A stretch of 64,000 nucleotides of DNA from Candidatus Latescibacterota bacterium. GTDB lineage: Bacteria > JAAXHH01. Shown here one piece after another: positions 1 to 9,217 of the stretch (position 1 is the first letter of the stretch; the number at the start of each line of letters is the position of its first letter). The notes beneath the pieces were generated by a model. It made no database searches and had not been told where the DNA came from. It saw only the letters and a program-made list of their open reading frames with translations. The position numbers and the translations under genes are program-made. The stretch covers positions 122,335-186,334 of the forward strand of contig JAAXHH010000141.1 of the NCBI GenBank assembly GCA_012270975.1, in the 5' to 3' direction.

Positions 1-971
1 GCCTTGTGGAAGTCCTCCATGTATCCTGTACCTACGGGTTTGCAGTTCACCAGTACGGGCGTTTTCCGCGCCGCATCGTGGATATCCTCCAGGGTAAGTT
101 TGACACCGGCACGCCGGGCGATGGCGATGAGGTGGATCACGGCGTTGGTGGACCCGCCCAGTGCCGCGAGCACGGTCGCCGCGTTGTGAAATGACGCCCT
201 GGTGAGGTACTTAAGCGGACCCTCGTCGCCTTTGGCCAGTTCGACCACGCGCCTGCCCGTCTTTACCGCCTGCCTGAGCCGGTCCGCCGATCCCGACAGG
301 GGAGTGGCTCCGCCAGGCAGCATCAGACCCAGCGTCGCCGTGAGACAGGCCATGGTGGAGGCCGTACCCATGACCATGCACGTTCCGCCCGTAGGACACA
401 GGGCCTGCTCGATTTCGCCGATTCCTTCCCGGTCGATCCCCCCGGCCCGGTACCGCAGCCAGTACCGCCGGCAATCCGTACAGGCTCCGAGGCGTTCGCC
501 CTGCCAGTTTCCTGTGCGCATGGCGCCAGTCACCAGCGAGATCGCTGGCACGCCGGCCGAAACGGCGGCCATCAACTGGGCCGGCACGGTCTTGTCGCAG
601 CCTCCCAGCAGCACGACGCCGTCCATCGGCTGCGATCTGATCATCTCCTCCGTGTCCATGGCCATCAGGTTGCGGAAGAGCATGGAAGTGGGGGAAAGCA
701 GCGTTTCGGCCAGCGAGATCGTGGGGAAGGCCAGGGCGAGGCCGCCGGCCTGGGCAATCCCCCGCCTGACTCCCTCTACTAAAGCCGGCATATCCCGGTG
801 ACACGTGTTATAGTCCGATGACGTGTCCGCAATGCCGATGATCGGGCGGTTGAGGTCTTCTCCGTCATAGCCCGCGGATGACAGGAACGCCCGCCGCAGA
901 TAACGGCTGAATTCCGTGTCGCCGTATCGGGTCAGATTCCGGTCGATTCCCTTTACGCCAGTATCTGCCAT
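1..971 (-). CDS. IlvD/EDD family dehydratase (dihydroxy-acid or sugar-acid dehydratase). The N-terminal ~323 aa are present; the C-terminus runs off the window start.
   Basis: Reverse translation from ATG at 969-971 gives MADTGVKGIDRNLTRYGDTEFSRY...GGCDKTVPA...CPTGGTCMVMGTASTM..., which carries the hallmark CDK and Fe-S ligand motifs of the IlvD/EDD family. The frame stays open to position 1. It is absent from the ORF track because there is no stop codon in the window. Confidence 0.85.
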   Translation of the reverse strand, partial: MADTGVKGIDRNLTRYGDTEFSRYLRRAFLSSAGYDGEDLNRPIIGIADTSSDYNTCHRDMPALVEGVRRGIAQAGGLALAFPTISLAETLLSPTSMLFRNLMAMDTEEMIRSQPMDGVVLLGGCDKTVPAQLMAAVSAGVPAISLVTGAMRTGNWQGERLGACTDCRRYWLRYRAGGIDREGIGEIEQALCPTGGTCMVMGTASTMACLTATLGLMLPGGATPLSGSADRLRQAVKTGRRVVELAKGDEGPLKYLTRASFHNAATVLAALGGSTNAVIHLIAIARRAGVKLTLEDIHDAARKTPVLVNCKPVGTGYMEDFHK

Positions 972-1681
972 GGCTGTTCCAGGTGAGGCATCCGCGCCGG
1001 CGTCGCCGTTTTGCGCATCAGGTCCCACTCGAGTTCGTTACGGTCTACAGGGAGCCTGCGCCGGAGAAAGGCCAGTTCGTCTTCCGTACGGCAGGACGAA
1101 CAGGCCAGGATGTTCAGCATGCGTCGGCGGTTTCCTCCGCCAAGGGCGTTGTGCAGGGTCATCTGGTTGAACACGATCACGTCGCCGGGCTGGTTGTCCG
1201 GAGCTACGCAGGGGACTTCCTCCATGCCGATGCCCCAAAGCGCCCGGGTATCCAGGTTTCCCTGCCATCCCTGGCGGTGGGAACCCGGCACGAGTCCCAG
1301 GGCCCCGGTCTCCCGGGTAAGCGGATCGAGATACATCGCCCACTTGACCTGGACCACAGGGTCTCCGTGGCAGTCGGGATGCCACAGGCCGTCCCCGACG
1401 TATAACTCGCCGCCGCTGCCCAGGTAGTTGTAGTCCTCCCCCAGAAGACCCGAAAGCAATCCGTCGACCTTGGGGTTGTCGAGCAACGCGCACAGTCGTT
1501 CGCTTCGTTCGATGAAGCGCCCCACGCTCGATCGGGCGGTTCCGTCGTGGACGACGCCGGCTTCGTGAAACACCCGTTCGAATTCCTCGATGATCCATGG
1601 AACCTCTTCCCGCATGAGCCCGGGAAGGGCGAGGTAGCCGAAGTCGTCAAAGAATCGCTTATGCGTGTGACTCAGTTTCAT
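953..1681 (-). CDS. Phytanoyl-CoA dioxygenase (PhyH) family Fe(II)/2-oxoglutarate-dependent oxygenase
   Basis: ORF 953..1705; the protein MKLSHTHKRFFDDFGYL...HPDCHGDP...HNALGGGNRRR is a PhyH-like fold. ATG at 1679-1681 is preferred over the TTG at 1705. The 3' end overlaps the dehydratase start by 19 nt. Confidence 0.75.
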   Translation of the reverse strand: MKLSHTHKRFFDDFGYLALPGLMREEVPWIIEEFERVFHEAGVVHDGTARSSVGRFIERSERLCALLDNPKVDGLLSGLLGEDYNYLGSGGELYVGDGLWHPDCHGDPVVQVKWAMYLDPLTRETGALGLVPGSHRQGWQGNLDTRALWGIGMEEVPCVAPDNQPGDVIVFNQMTLHNALGGGNRRRMLNILACSSCRTEDELAFLRRRLPVDRNELEWDLMRKTATPARMPHLEQPWQILA

Positions 1682-1747
1682 TTCGGGCAAATACCCTCGA
1701 GACAAGATAATCGTCCGCGCCGGCGACCGTTCGAGTGGCCGCCGAAG

Positions 1748-3286
1748 TCACGCCACGATGTCGAGTTTAAGTCCGAAGTACTCTTCAAACAACTGAATAC
1801 GCTGACGGGCCTCCGACAACTCGACTCTGGCGGCATCGGGGCTGGTTGACAAAAGCTTGAGACGCGCCTCGTTGTCCGTCACGACAAGTCGAACGTCGTC
1901 GACGGCCTGAGACCGGCTTCGGTCCAGGTACTCGGATAGTCTTAACAGGGCGGAAAGCCGGTATACCAGGTTCAAATCGCCCTTCTTCAACATGGCGTGG
2001 TACCGGGAAAAGTCCGGTTTCCCCCTGCGATGATTAAGGCAGAGATAGGCAATGATCACGATTTCGCGGTGGTTGAAGCCGGGCAGTCCGGCGTTGACGA
2101 TGATGTAGGCCGAGTGTTTGTGATGGTCGTAGTAGTCGATTACCGTGCCGATATCGTGCAGCATGGCCGCGGCCCACAGGTATTCCCTTTCGCGTTCTCC
2201 GTACCCGTGCACGTCATGAAGCTGATCGAACAGGGAGAGTGAAAGCCGGGCGACGTGGGCCGTATGCGCTCCTTCGTAGCCGTAGAGACGGGCCAGATTC
2301 AGAACGGTAAAGCGCCGTAACTCGGCGATATGTCCGGGCCGACTGGCGGACCTGAGGGCGTGATCGAAGAACAGTCCTTCCCTCAGCCCCTGTCCACTTA
2401 CGACCATTCTGCCGGCGCTGGCGTTCCGCATCACGCCCGCCACGACCATAGCGCCCGCCAGGATGATGTCTGCGCGATCCGGCTGGAGTCCCGGTATCCG
2501 GCGTGCCCGCTCTGAAACGGGTAACTCGGCGATACGGCCGATCAGCTTTTCGAGGCGTCCTCGCTTCAGTTCGTACCCATGAACCAGTCCGAGGGGGTAT
2601 CTCCTTTCCATGCGGTCGATGCGGGCCAGGGCGCGAACGACGCCGCCCACGCCCGCGATGCGCGGTTTCGTCTTTGTCTTCGGCCAATCGATGCCGGAAA
2701 AACACGTATCAAGCGCATGGTCGAGCCGCTTAACCTGACCTGGTGATGCCTTGTCGCCCGGGAAAAACGTCTCGGTGGTCCGCACCGTGCCGAATAACGT
2801 AGTCACGCCCCGGGCAAACGCACCGTTCCGGTTCAACCCGATCTCCGCGCTGCCGCCGCCGATGTCGAGCATGACCCCGTCGTACAGCCCCAGGCTGTTC
2901 ATCACGCCCACGGAGCTGTAGTAGGCCTCCTCTTCCCCGCTCAGGAGCCGGAATGACAGTCCGGTAGCGTGTCCGATTTCCTCGAGTAAAGCGGGGCCGT
3001 CTTCCGCGTCCCTTACGGCCGCCGTGGCTACCGGGATCACGTGTTCGATGCCCTGGGCGTCACAGAAGGATTTGAACATGCGAACCGCGTCGATTGCGCG
3101 TGACCGCGACCGGGGATTCAGCCGGTTCTTTGCGGCGGCCCCCTCGCCCAGGCGAACCCGCCGGCTGACTTCGTCGGTTATCTTGAAGACCCGATCGGCC
3201 GTGTACTGCGCGATCATGAGCCGGGCGGTATTCGACCCGAGGTCGATAATGGCAACACGGTGATCGAGTGGCGCGAAGGAATACAA
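1748..3286 (-). CDS. ppx: Exopolyphosphatase / guanosine pentaphosphate phosphohydrolase (Ppx/GppA) with a C-terminal HD domain
   Basis: 512-aa ORF. It has the IIDLGSNTARLMIA and DIGGGSAEI actin-like ATPase motifs plus an HD region (HDIGTVIDYYDHHKHSAYII). The start appears to be TTG at 3286. Confidence 0.85.
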   Translation of the reverse strand: MYSFAPLDHRVAIIDLGSNTARLMIAQYTADRVFKITDEVSRRVRLGEGAAAKNRLNPRSRSRAIDAVRMFKSFCDAQGIEHVIPVATAAVRDAEDGPALLEEIGHATGLSFRLLSGEEEAYYSSVGVMNSLGLYDGVMLDIGGGSAEIGLNRNGAFARGVTTLFGTVRTTETFFPGDKASPGQVKRLDHALDTCFSGIDWPKTKTKPRIAGVGGVVRALARIDRMERRYPLGLVHGYELKRGRLEKLIGRIAELPVSERARRIPGLQPDRADIILAGAMVVAGVMRNASAGRMVVSGQGLREGLFFDHALRSASRPGHIAELRRFTVLNLARLYGYEGAHTAHVARLSLSLFDQLHDVHGYGEREREYLWAAAMLHDIGTVIDYYDHHKHSAYIIVNAGLPGFNHREIVIIAYLCLNHRRGKPDFSRYHAMLKKGDLNLVYRLSALLRLSEYLDRSRSQAVDDVRLVVTDNEARLKLLSTSPDAARVELSEARQRIQLFEEYFGLKLDIVA

Positions 3287-3293
3287 TGCAGCC

Positions 3294-4235
3294 TCAGGCG
3301 ACGCCTGTGATCAGGGTCCGTCCGGCCAGCCCCGCCTTGAGGTTATCCACCGTCCTGCGCGCCATCGCGTGGCGGGTGCGCGTGGTCGCGCTGCCCAGGT
3401 GAGGCGCGATGACCAGGTTGTCCAGCGTAAGCAGGGGGTGGTCCCTCGGGAGCGGCTCCGGTTCGGTGACGTCCAGCCCCGCACCGGCTATCCAGCCTTT
3501 GCTCAGGGCTTTGTACAGAGCGTCATGATCGACTACCCCTCCCCGCGCCAGGTTGATCAGGATGGCGGTGCGCTTCATGCGCTTCAGCGCGGCTTCGTCG
3601 ATGAGTCCCCTGGTTTCATCGGTGAGGGGACAGTTCAGGGTAACGAAATCCGCGGTCTCGAGCAGCGTTTCCAGGGAGACGTACCTGGCCCGGTATTCCG
3701 ATTCCCCGGTAACGGGCTTCCGGTTGTGATAGATGATCTCCATGTCGAATCCCAGAGCTCTCCTGGCGACCTGCTTACCGATACTGCCCATCCCGATGAT
3801 GCCGATGGTGCTACCATGCACTTCATAGCCGTGGAGTATGCTCGGGTCGTAGTGGGTGAACTCGGGACTGCGCGCGAACCGGTCGCCGACGACTACGCGC
3901 CGGGCCGCCGCCATCAGCAAGGTGAAGGTCATATCCGCCGTGGCGCCGTCAAGCATGTTGGGCGTGTTGCCGACGGGGATCCCCCGGACCCGTGCCGCTT
4001 CGGTGTCGATATGATCCACGCCCACCCCGAAGTTGCTGATGACCCTCAGGTTCGGCATCCTGTCCATCACTTCGCCGTCCGTGGGAGGATGGCCGTAGGT
4101 GAGGTACGCGTCGATCATCCGCCAGCGGTCATCCCCTTCGGTCAGATCGCCCAGCAGATGAAACCGGTCACCGGAATCGAATAAGTCCATTACGGAGGAC
4201 GGCAAGGGCACGTCCAACAAAATCTGACTTCCCAT
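3294..4235 (-). CDS. D-isomer-specific 2-hydroxyacid dehydrogenase (glyoxylate/hydroxypyruvate reductase-like)
   Basis: 313 aa. It has the GIIGMGSIGKQVARR NAD-binding motif and the catalytic LARGGVVD...APHLGSAT motifs. ATG at 4233-4235 is preceded by AAGGAAA. Confidence 0.85.
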   Translation of the reverse strand: MGSQILLDVPLPSSVMDLFDSGDRFHLLGDLTEGDDRWRMIDAYLTYGHPPTDGEVMDRMPNLRVISNFGVGVDHIDTEAARVRGIPVGNTPNMLDGATADMTFTLLMAAARRVVVGDRFARSPEFTHYDPSILHGYEVHGSTIGIIGMGSIGKQVARRALGFDMEIIYHNRKPVTGESEYRARYVSLETLLETADFVTLNCPLTDETRGLIDEAALKRMKRTAILINLARGGVVDHDALYKALSKGWIAGAGLDVTEPEPLPRDHPLLTLDNLVIAPHLGSATTRTRHAMARRTVDNLKAGLAGRTLITGVA

Positions 4236-4293
4236 TAAGTTTCCTTTGTCACGTTATTTATAGACTACCGGAAGCCTGGCGCAGTCGATGGGA

Positions 4294-5250
4294 CTAACAG
4301 ACGCCCGATTCCTCGACGGTGAGACGGCCGGCATCCCCGTCCAGCGTGGCCCGTACGCCCAGGGGCAGCGTCGCCTTGCAGGTGCCGTGCCCTATGGCCA
4401 GGCCATACACAACCGGTATGCCAAGTGGCTGCAGGCGGTCCGCGAACACCTCTTCGATACTGAAATTGCCATAAGGGAAAGAGGGGTTGTTCGGTGCGCT
4501 TCCGCATCCGGCGCATTCGCCGATCACGATCCCCGATACCCGTTCCAGCCTCCCGGCCTGCAGCAGTTGCGTCAGCATTCGGTCGATCCGATGGGGTTCC
4601 TCGCCCACATCCTCGAAGAACAGGATGGCGCCGTCGTATTCAAATTCGTACGAGGTTCCTACCGCGGCGGCAAGCAACGAAAGCGTACCTCCGATCAAAG
4701 GGCCACCGGCCGCTCCACTGCGAATGACCTGAACCGGCGGCAGGCCGTCTGGATGGGCTATCGTCCCTATGGCAGCCGTGCCTGTAACCGCTTTCATGAA
4801 GGCATCCCGGTTGAATGGGTGAAAATCGGGGCTCATGTCGGACGCGACCATGGGACCCCAGAAGGTCACCAGGCCGGTTTTCCGGTGTATGGCCCCGTGG
4901 AGCGCGGTTATGTCGCTGTAGCCAACAAAGACCTTGGGGTGGGCGCGTATGATTTCGAAGTCCATGCGCGGCAGCATCCGCATTGAGCCGTACCCGCCGC
5001 GGAGGCAGACAATGCCCTGGATATCCGGATCGGCGAACATGGCCTCGAGATCTGCCAGGCGATCATCGTCCTGCCCGGCCAAGAACCCGTGCCTATCGGC
5101 AAGATGCGTTGCCGTAACCGTGCGGAATCCGAGGGCTTCGAGCGACCGGCGGCCATTGCTCAGCGCGCTTGGGAGGGCGGAGTGGCTGGCCGGCGCTACG
5201 ATCCCGATGGTGTCACCGGGTTTTAACGCCGAAGGTTTCAATGGGTTCAT
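4294..5250 (-). CDS. ldcA: LD-carboxypeptidase (muramoyltetrapeptide carboxypeptidase, peptidase S66)
   Basis: 318 aa. It has IGIVAPAS, GYSDITALH and a C-terminal His/Glu region typical of LdcA. ATG at 5248-5250. Confidence 0.8.
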   Translation of the reverse strand: MNPLKPSALKPGDTIGIVAPASHSALPSALSNGRRSLEALGFRTVTATHLADRHGFLAGQDDDRLADLEAMFADPDIQGIVCLRGGYGSMRMLPRMDFEIIRAHPKVFVGYSDITALHGAIHRKTGLVTFWGPMVASDMSPDFHPFNRDAFMKAVTGTAAIGTIAHPDGLPPVQVIRSGAAGGPLIGGTLSLLAAAVGTSYEFEYDGAILFFEDVGEEPHRIDRMLTQLLQAGRLERVSGIVIGECAGCGSAPNNPSFPYGNFSIEEVFADRLQPLGIPVVYGLAIGHGTCKATLPLGVRATLDGDAGRLTVEESGVC

Positions 5251-5323
5251 GTATCAAAAATATAGGTCCGCGCGAAAGGCCGTCAACCCATTTGCCCGCT
5301 GGCCGACGATACGCCGAATTCAA

Positions 5324-5351
5324 TTGTCACACTTGAATCCTAGAGTGTAAT
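5324..5351 (+). promoter_or_regulatory. Putative sigma70-type promoter (TTGTCA-16-TGTAAT) overlapping an inverted repeat ACACT-N10-AGTGT
   Basis: Sequence ttgtcacacttgaatcctagagtgtaat lies about 95 nt upstream of the GTG start at 5449. The palindrome spans the spacer and could be an operator. Confidence 0.4.
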
Positions 5352-5448
5352 TTAGCGGGGAAAGATTGAAGAAAACGGCCCCAGAATGTGTATACGGACC
5401 GGATATACATTCGAACAACTGGACCATCAGTAAAGGGAGTACGCGAAA

Positions 5449-6130
5449 CGTGAAATCAAAGCGTCTTTCACGCCGTTCTTTTCTGTCCAACACGGCCCGG
5501 GCCACGGGCGGCGTGGTCACGCTGGGCGTACTGAGCCGGACCGGGGTCCTCGACGCGCAGGAGGACGTTCCCTACGAACATGCCTGGCAGAACCTGGACG
5601 CCAGCCAGGGACGGACGGTGGACGCGCTGACCCGGATGATCATGCCGTCGGACGAAAACGGTCCCGGCGCGGCGGAAGCCCGCGTGGTCGTGTATATCGA
5701 CCGGGCCCTCGGCGCCCATCGGTCAGACTACAGGGAGTCCTATACAGCCGGACTCGACGCCTTCGACCGGTATTGCCGGGCTACGCTTGAATCCGATTTC
5801 GTGGATCTGGATACTCGGGGAAAACGAAGAGCGCTCATGGGAATCGACCGGCCCAGGTCTCCCCGGGCCTGGCCGCAGGACGCCCCCATGGGCGCCCGCG
5901 ACTTTCTGCGCATGGTGGTGACGCACACCATGGAAGGGATGTTCTGCGATCCGGCCCACGGCGGGAATTACCGTGAGACTGGATGGAAGCTGATCCGTTT
6001 CCCCGGCCGCGCGCCTTTCGGCTACGATCCTCCCTTCAGCGAATTCGACATGACCATTCCGGAAATCGAGTATCCCGAGTGGAAGCCCTACGGCGGACCC
6101 ATGAAGAGTAGGATCATCGGCGAGGAGTAG
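5449..6130 (+). CDS. Gluconate 2-dehydrogenase subunit 3 family protein (Tat-signal small subunit of periplasmic GMC dehydrogenases)
   Basis: ORF 5366..6130. The twin-arginine motif SRRSFLSNTARATGGVVTLGVL follows the GTG at 5449, which is preceded by AAGGGAG. The gene sits immediately upstream of the GMC flavoprotein. Confidence 0.75.
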
Positions 6131-6143
6131 TTCCGGAGCGATC

Positions 6144-7811
6144 ATGTCCCTTCCCAATCCCAGAATCCGCCGACCTGACGTCATCATCATCGGTACCGGC
6201 GCCGCCGGCGCCGTCCTGGCCAAGGAGCTGAGCACGAAGGGCCTGAAGGTGGTCGCCATGGAAATGGGGCCCTTCCTGAAGACGCGGCACTTTGACCAGG
6301 ATGAGCTCACGGCGATGCATCCCGCCAGCAGCAGCCTGCATGAACACGCCGACATCTACCGCCATGACCAGCCCAATACCTACAGGCAGTCAGCCAGTGA
6401 ACAGGCCGTTGAAGATCACGGGATACACATGCAGAGTACGGTAGGGGGAAGCACCCTCCACTATACGGGCATTTCCTGGCGGTTGCACGAAAACGATTTC
6501 AAGGAAAGAAGCCTTTATGGCGACCTGGACGGCGCGGACGTGCAGGACTGGCCCATCGACTACTGGGACCTCGAGCACTACTACGAAAAGGCCGAATACG
6601 AGGTCGGCATTTCCGGACTTGCAGGCGCGAATCCTTTCGATCCGCCGCGCCGCCGCCCCTATCCCATGCCGCCGGTACCGCGGACCAGTTCGGGCGCGCT
6701 GGCCGATATGGCTGCCCAGAAGCTCGGCTGGCATTCATATCCGGCGCCCCTGGCCATCAACTCGCGGGAATACGGCGGGCGGCCCCCGGTCATGAACTGC
6801 GGTTTCTGCGAAAGCTACGTCTGTACCATCCAGGCGCGTTCCAGCATGCTGGTCACCATGATTCCGAAGGCGCTGCGGACGGGCAACTGCGAGGTGCGGG
6901 CCGATTCCTGCGTGCGGGAAATCGTCGTCGACGAGGACGGCAGGGCGGAAGGGGTCATCTACCTCGACAAGGACTTTCGGGAGCACCGGCTGGAAGCCCG
7001 CGCGGTGATCGTGTGCTGCAACGGCGTTCATACCCCCCGCCTGCTGCTCATGTCGAAATCCAATCTGTTTCCGGACGGTCTGGCCAACAGCAGCGGCAAG
7101 GTGGGCAAACACCTGATGTTCAACTACTACCAGTCCGCCCGGGGTTTCTTCGAAAAAGACCTGAACGAGTACAAGGGGGTCATGGATTCCCGGATCATTC
7201 AGGACTTCTACGACCCGGACCCGGACAAGTACGGCTTCTTCGGCGGGGGCGTGCTGGAACCGCGGGGCGACGGCGAAACCATCTCCTTCGCCAACCTGAA
7301 CATGCCGCGCCTGCGCAGGTGGGGCGCCCGGCGCAAGAAGTGGATCATGGACAACTACACCCGGTACATGGTCGCCCTGACGAGCATGCAGTCCATGTCC
7401 CAGGAATCCAACACGATCGACCTGGACCCCGACGTAAAGGACAAGTGGGGTCTGCCCGTCCCGCGCGTGACCTACAACGTGCATCCGAACGAACATGAAC
7501 TCGGGGACTTCTTCCGCGACCGGGCCCGCGAACTGCTCGACGCCGCCGGCGCGCACGGAATCGTCGCTTCGCCGAATTTCGTACCCCACGGCGACGCCCA
7601 TCTCATGGGCACCTGCCGCATGGGCGACGATCCCGCGACTTCGGTGGTCAACAAGTTCAACCAGGCCCATGACGTGGACAACCTGTTCATCGTGGACGGT
7701 TCGTCCTTCGTCACCAGCGGAAAGAGCAATCCGACGCTGACGATCCAGGCGCTGGCGTTCCGCTGCGCCGATTACATCGTAACGCAGATGGCAAGGCTGA
7801 ATATCAGGTAG
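6144..7811 (+). CDS. GMC family FAD-dependent oxidoreductase (gluconate 2-dehydrogenase / glucoside 3-dehydrogenase flavoprotein-like)
   Basis: 555 aa. It has the N-terminal IIIGTGAAGAVLAKEL Rossmann motif and a C-terminal GMC signature region (HLMGTCRMGDDPATSVV). It has no signal peptide of its own, consistent with hitchhiker export with the Tat small subunit. Confidence 0.85.
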   Translation: MSLPNPRIRRPDVIIIGTGAAGAVLAKELSTKGLKVVAMEMGPFLKTRHFDQDELTAMHPASSSLHEHADIYRHDQPNTYRQSASEQAVEDHGIHMQSTVGGSTLHYTGISWRLHENDFKERSLYGDLDGADVQDWPIDYWDLEHYYEKAEYEVGISGLAGANPFDPPRRRPYPMPPVPRTSSGALADMAAQKLGWHSYPAPLAINSREYGGRPPVMNCGFCESYVCTIQARSSMLVTMIPKALRTGNCEVRADSCVREIVVDEDGRAEGVIYLDKDFREHRLEARAVIVCCNGVHTPRLLLMSKSNLFPDGLANSSGKVGKHLMFNYYQSARGFFEKDLNEYKGVMDSRIIQDFYDPDPDKYGFFGGGVLEPRGDGETISFANLNMPRLRRWGARRKKWIMDNYTRYMVALTSMQSMSQESNTIDLDPDVKDKWGLPVPRVTYNVHPNEHELGDFFRDRARELLDAAGAHGIVASPNFVPHGDAHLMGTCRMGDDPATSVVNKFNQAHDVDNLFIVDGSSFVTSGKSNPTLTIQALAFRCADYIVTQMARLNIR

Positions 7812-7864
7812 CAGGTTCGAGCTTTGAACGTGGTTTTATCACTTTTAACTGTGGAGGAATGATC

Positions 7865-9136
7865 ATGGGTTTCGGGAGTGTACTGAAGAACGGTTTCACA
7901 CGGCGTCGTTTCATGAAGGGCGCTTTGCTCGGCGCCGGCGCCGTGGCCGCGGGATCGACCTGGGATATCGCGGAAGCGCTCGCCACCGGCAAGAAGGCGA
8001 GCGACGTCCATGGCTACGGTGTGGATCCGGGGCGGGTTCAGATCGGTGCCAACGAGAACCCGCTTGGCGCGTCCCCCCGCGCCATCGCGGCCATTGCCGA
8101 GAACCTGCACAAAATCAACCGGTACGATTTCGGCGTCGACCTGCCGGTCCGCCTCAACAAGTTCCACGGCGTCCCCGGCGTCGAGAATTTCGAACTGAGT
8201 TTCACCGACATGCGCTCTTTCATGCGTTTCAGGGAATTGAACCGGGTCATGGTTACCCCCGGTTCGGGTCCGATTCTTCAGGCGCTCGCCGTCATGGCCG
8301 CGAGCGACGGCGGGGAGTGTATCGAGGCGGTCCCGGGCTATGGATCGGTCGCACGGGGATTCCAGAGTTTTCAGATGATGGGGAAGGACGTCAGTGTCGT
8401 CCGCGTGCCGACCACGAGTGAATTCGTACATGACCTCGGCGCCATGAAAGCGGCCATCACCCCGAATACGTCCCTGATCGTCGTCACCAATCCCAACAAT
8501 CCCACCGGAACGATCGTGCCCTACGACGAACTGGTGTCCCTGGTGGATGCGGCGCCCGAGAAGGCCATCGTGCTCATCGACGAAGCCTATATCCACTTCG
8601 TTCGGGATCCGGACTATCAGGATGCCGTCAAACTCGCCCTGGAGCGGGAAAACGTGGTGGTCGCCCGCACTTTCTCCAAGATCTACGGCCTGGCCGGCAT
8701 GCGCATCGGGTACGCGGTCGCCAGCCAGCGCATGATGGACATGCTGATGGCGCACATGGGATTCTTCGGGGGCGGGCTGAGCACGCTGGGCATGCACGCG
8801 GCGCTGGCGGCCCTGGACGACGATGAATTCGTGTCACGCACGCTGAAGGTCGTGAACGACGGCAAGGCCTACCTGTCCGCCGAGTTCGACCGCCTGGGAC
8901 TGGCGTACACGCCAAGCCACGGAAACTACATGATCGTTGACGTCACGCGGGACAGCCGCCGGATGTCAGGCGAACTGTTCAGGCGCGGCGTCATGGTGCG
9001 CGCCGGATCGGGATACCGCACCCGGGAGATCGATCTCCTCGGCAACCACCTCCGGGTGACCATCGGCAAGCCGGACGAACTCGAGGTCTTCGTGAATGAA
9101 CTCGAGGATATCTTGGGAGGTTCGAGTCAGGGTTAG
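7865..9136 (+). CDS. HisC-family (class I/II) PLP-dependent aminotransferase with an N-terminal twin-arginine (Tat) signal peptide
   Basis: It has ANENPLGASP, NPNNPTG and TFSKIYGLAGMRIGY (Schiff-base Lys), typical of histidinol-phosphate aminotransferase-like enzymes. The N-terminal TRRRFMKGALLGAGAVAAG is a near-consensus Tat motif with an h-region. GGAGG lies 7 nt before the ATG at 7865; an in-frame ATG at 7859 is too close to the RBS. Confidence 0.8.
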   Translation: MGFGSVLKNGFTRRRFMKGALLGAGAVAAGSTWDIAEALATGKKASDVHGYGVDPGRVQIGANENPLGASPRAIAAIAENLHKINRYDFGVDLPVRLNKFHGVPGVENFELSFTDMRSFMRFRELNRVMVTPGSGPILQALAVMAASDGGECIEAVPGYGSVARGFQSFQMMGKDVSVVRVPTTSEFVHDLGAMKAAITPNTSLIVVTNPNNPTGTIVPYDELVSLVDAAPEKAIVLIDEAYIHFVRDPDYQDAVKLALERENVVVARTFSKIYGLAGMRIGYAVASQRMMDMLMAHMGFFGGGLSTLGMHAALAALDDDEFVSRTLKVVNDGKAYLSAEFDRLGLAYTPSHGNYMIVDVTRDSRRMSGELFRRGVMVRAGSGYRTREIDLLGNHLRVTIGKPDELEVFVNELEDILGGSSQG

Positions 9137-9165
9137 TCAATCGGTCGGCTTCATTGGTAAAACAA

Positions 9166-9200
9166 GCCTCCGGTGGTACATACTGCCGGGGGCTTTGCTG
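9166..9200. terminator. Putative bidirectional rho-independent terminator between convergent genes
   Basis: gcctccgg-N12-ccgggggc forms an 8-bp stem with one G-U pair, followed by tttgctg. It lies between the aminotransferase stop (9136) and the HpcH stop (9218). Confidence 0.35.
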
Positions 9201-9217
9201 TCTATGTGAAACCTTAT

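Noticed and set aside
211-804. Long ORFs antisense or out of frame to the IlvD/EDD gene (211..804 minus, 202..801 plus, 4..189).
   Set aside because: High GC content generates long open frames on both strands. The IlvD/EDD reading frame, running from 971 to 1, carries unmistakable family motifs. The alternatives are Arg/Pro/Gly-rich low-complexity translations with no domains or RBS.
7811-7858. ggttcgagc / ggttcgga-like strings as possible tRNA T-arm signatures, here and near 48611.
   Set aside because: There is no flanking acceptor stem or anticodon-arm complementarity, no CCA context, and the spacing is wrong. No tRNA-like cloverleaf could be assembled anywhere in the window's intergenic regions.
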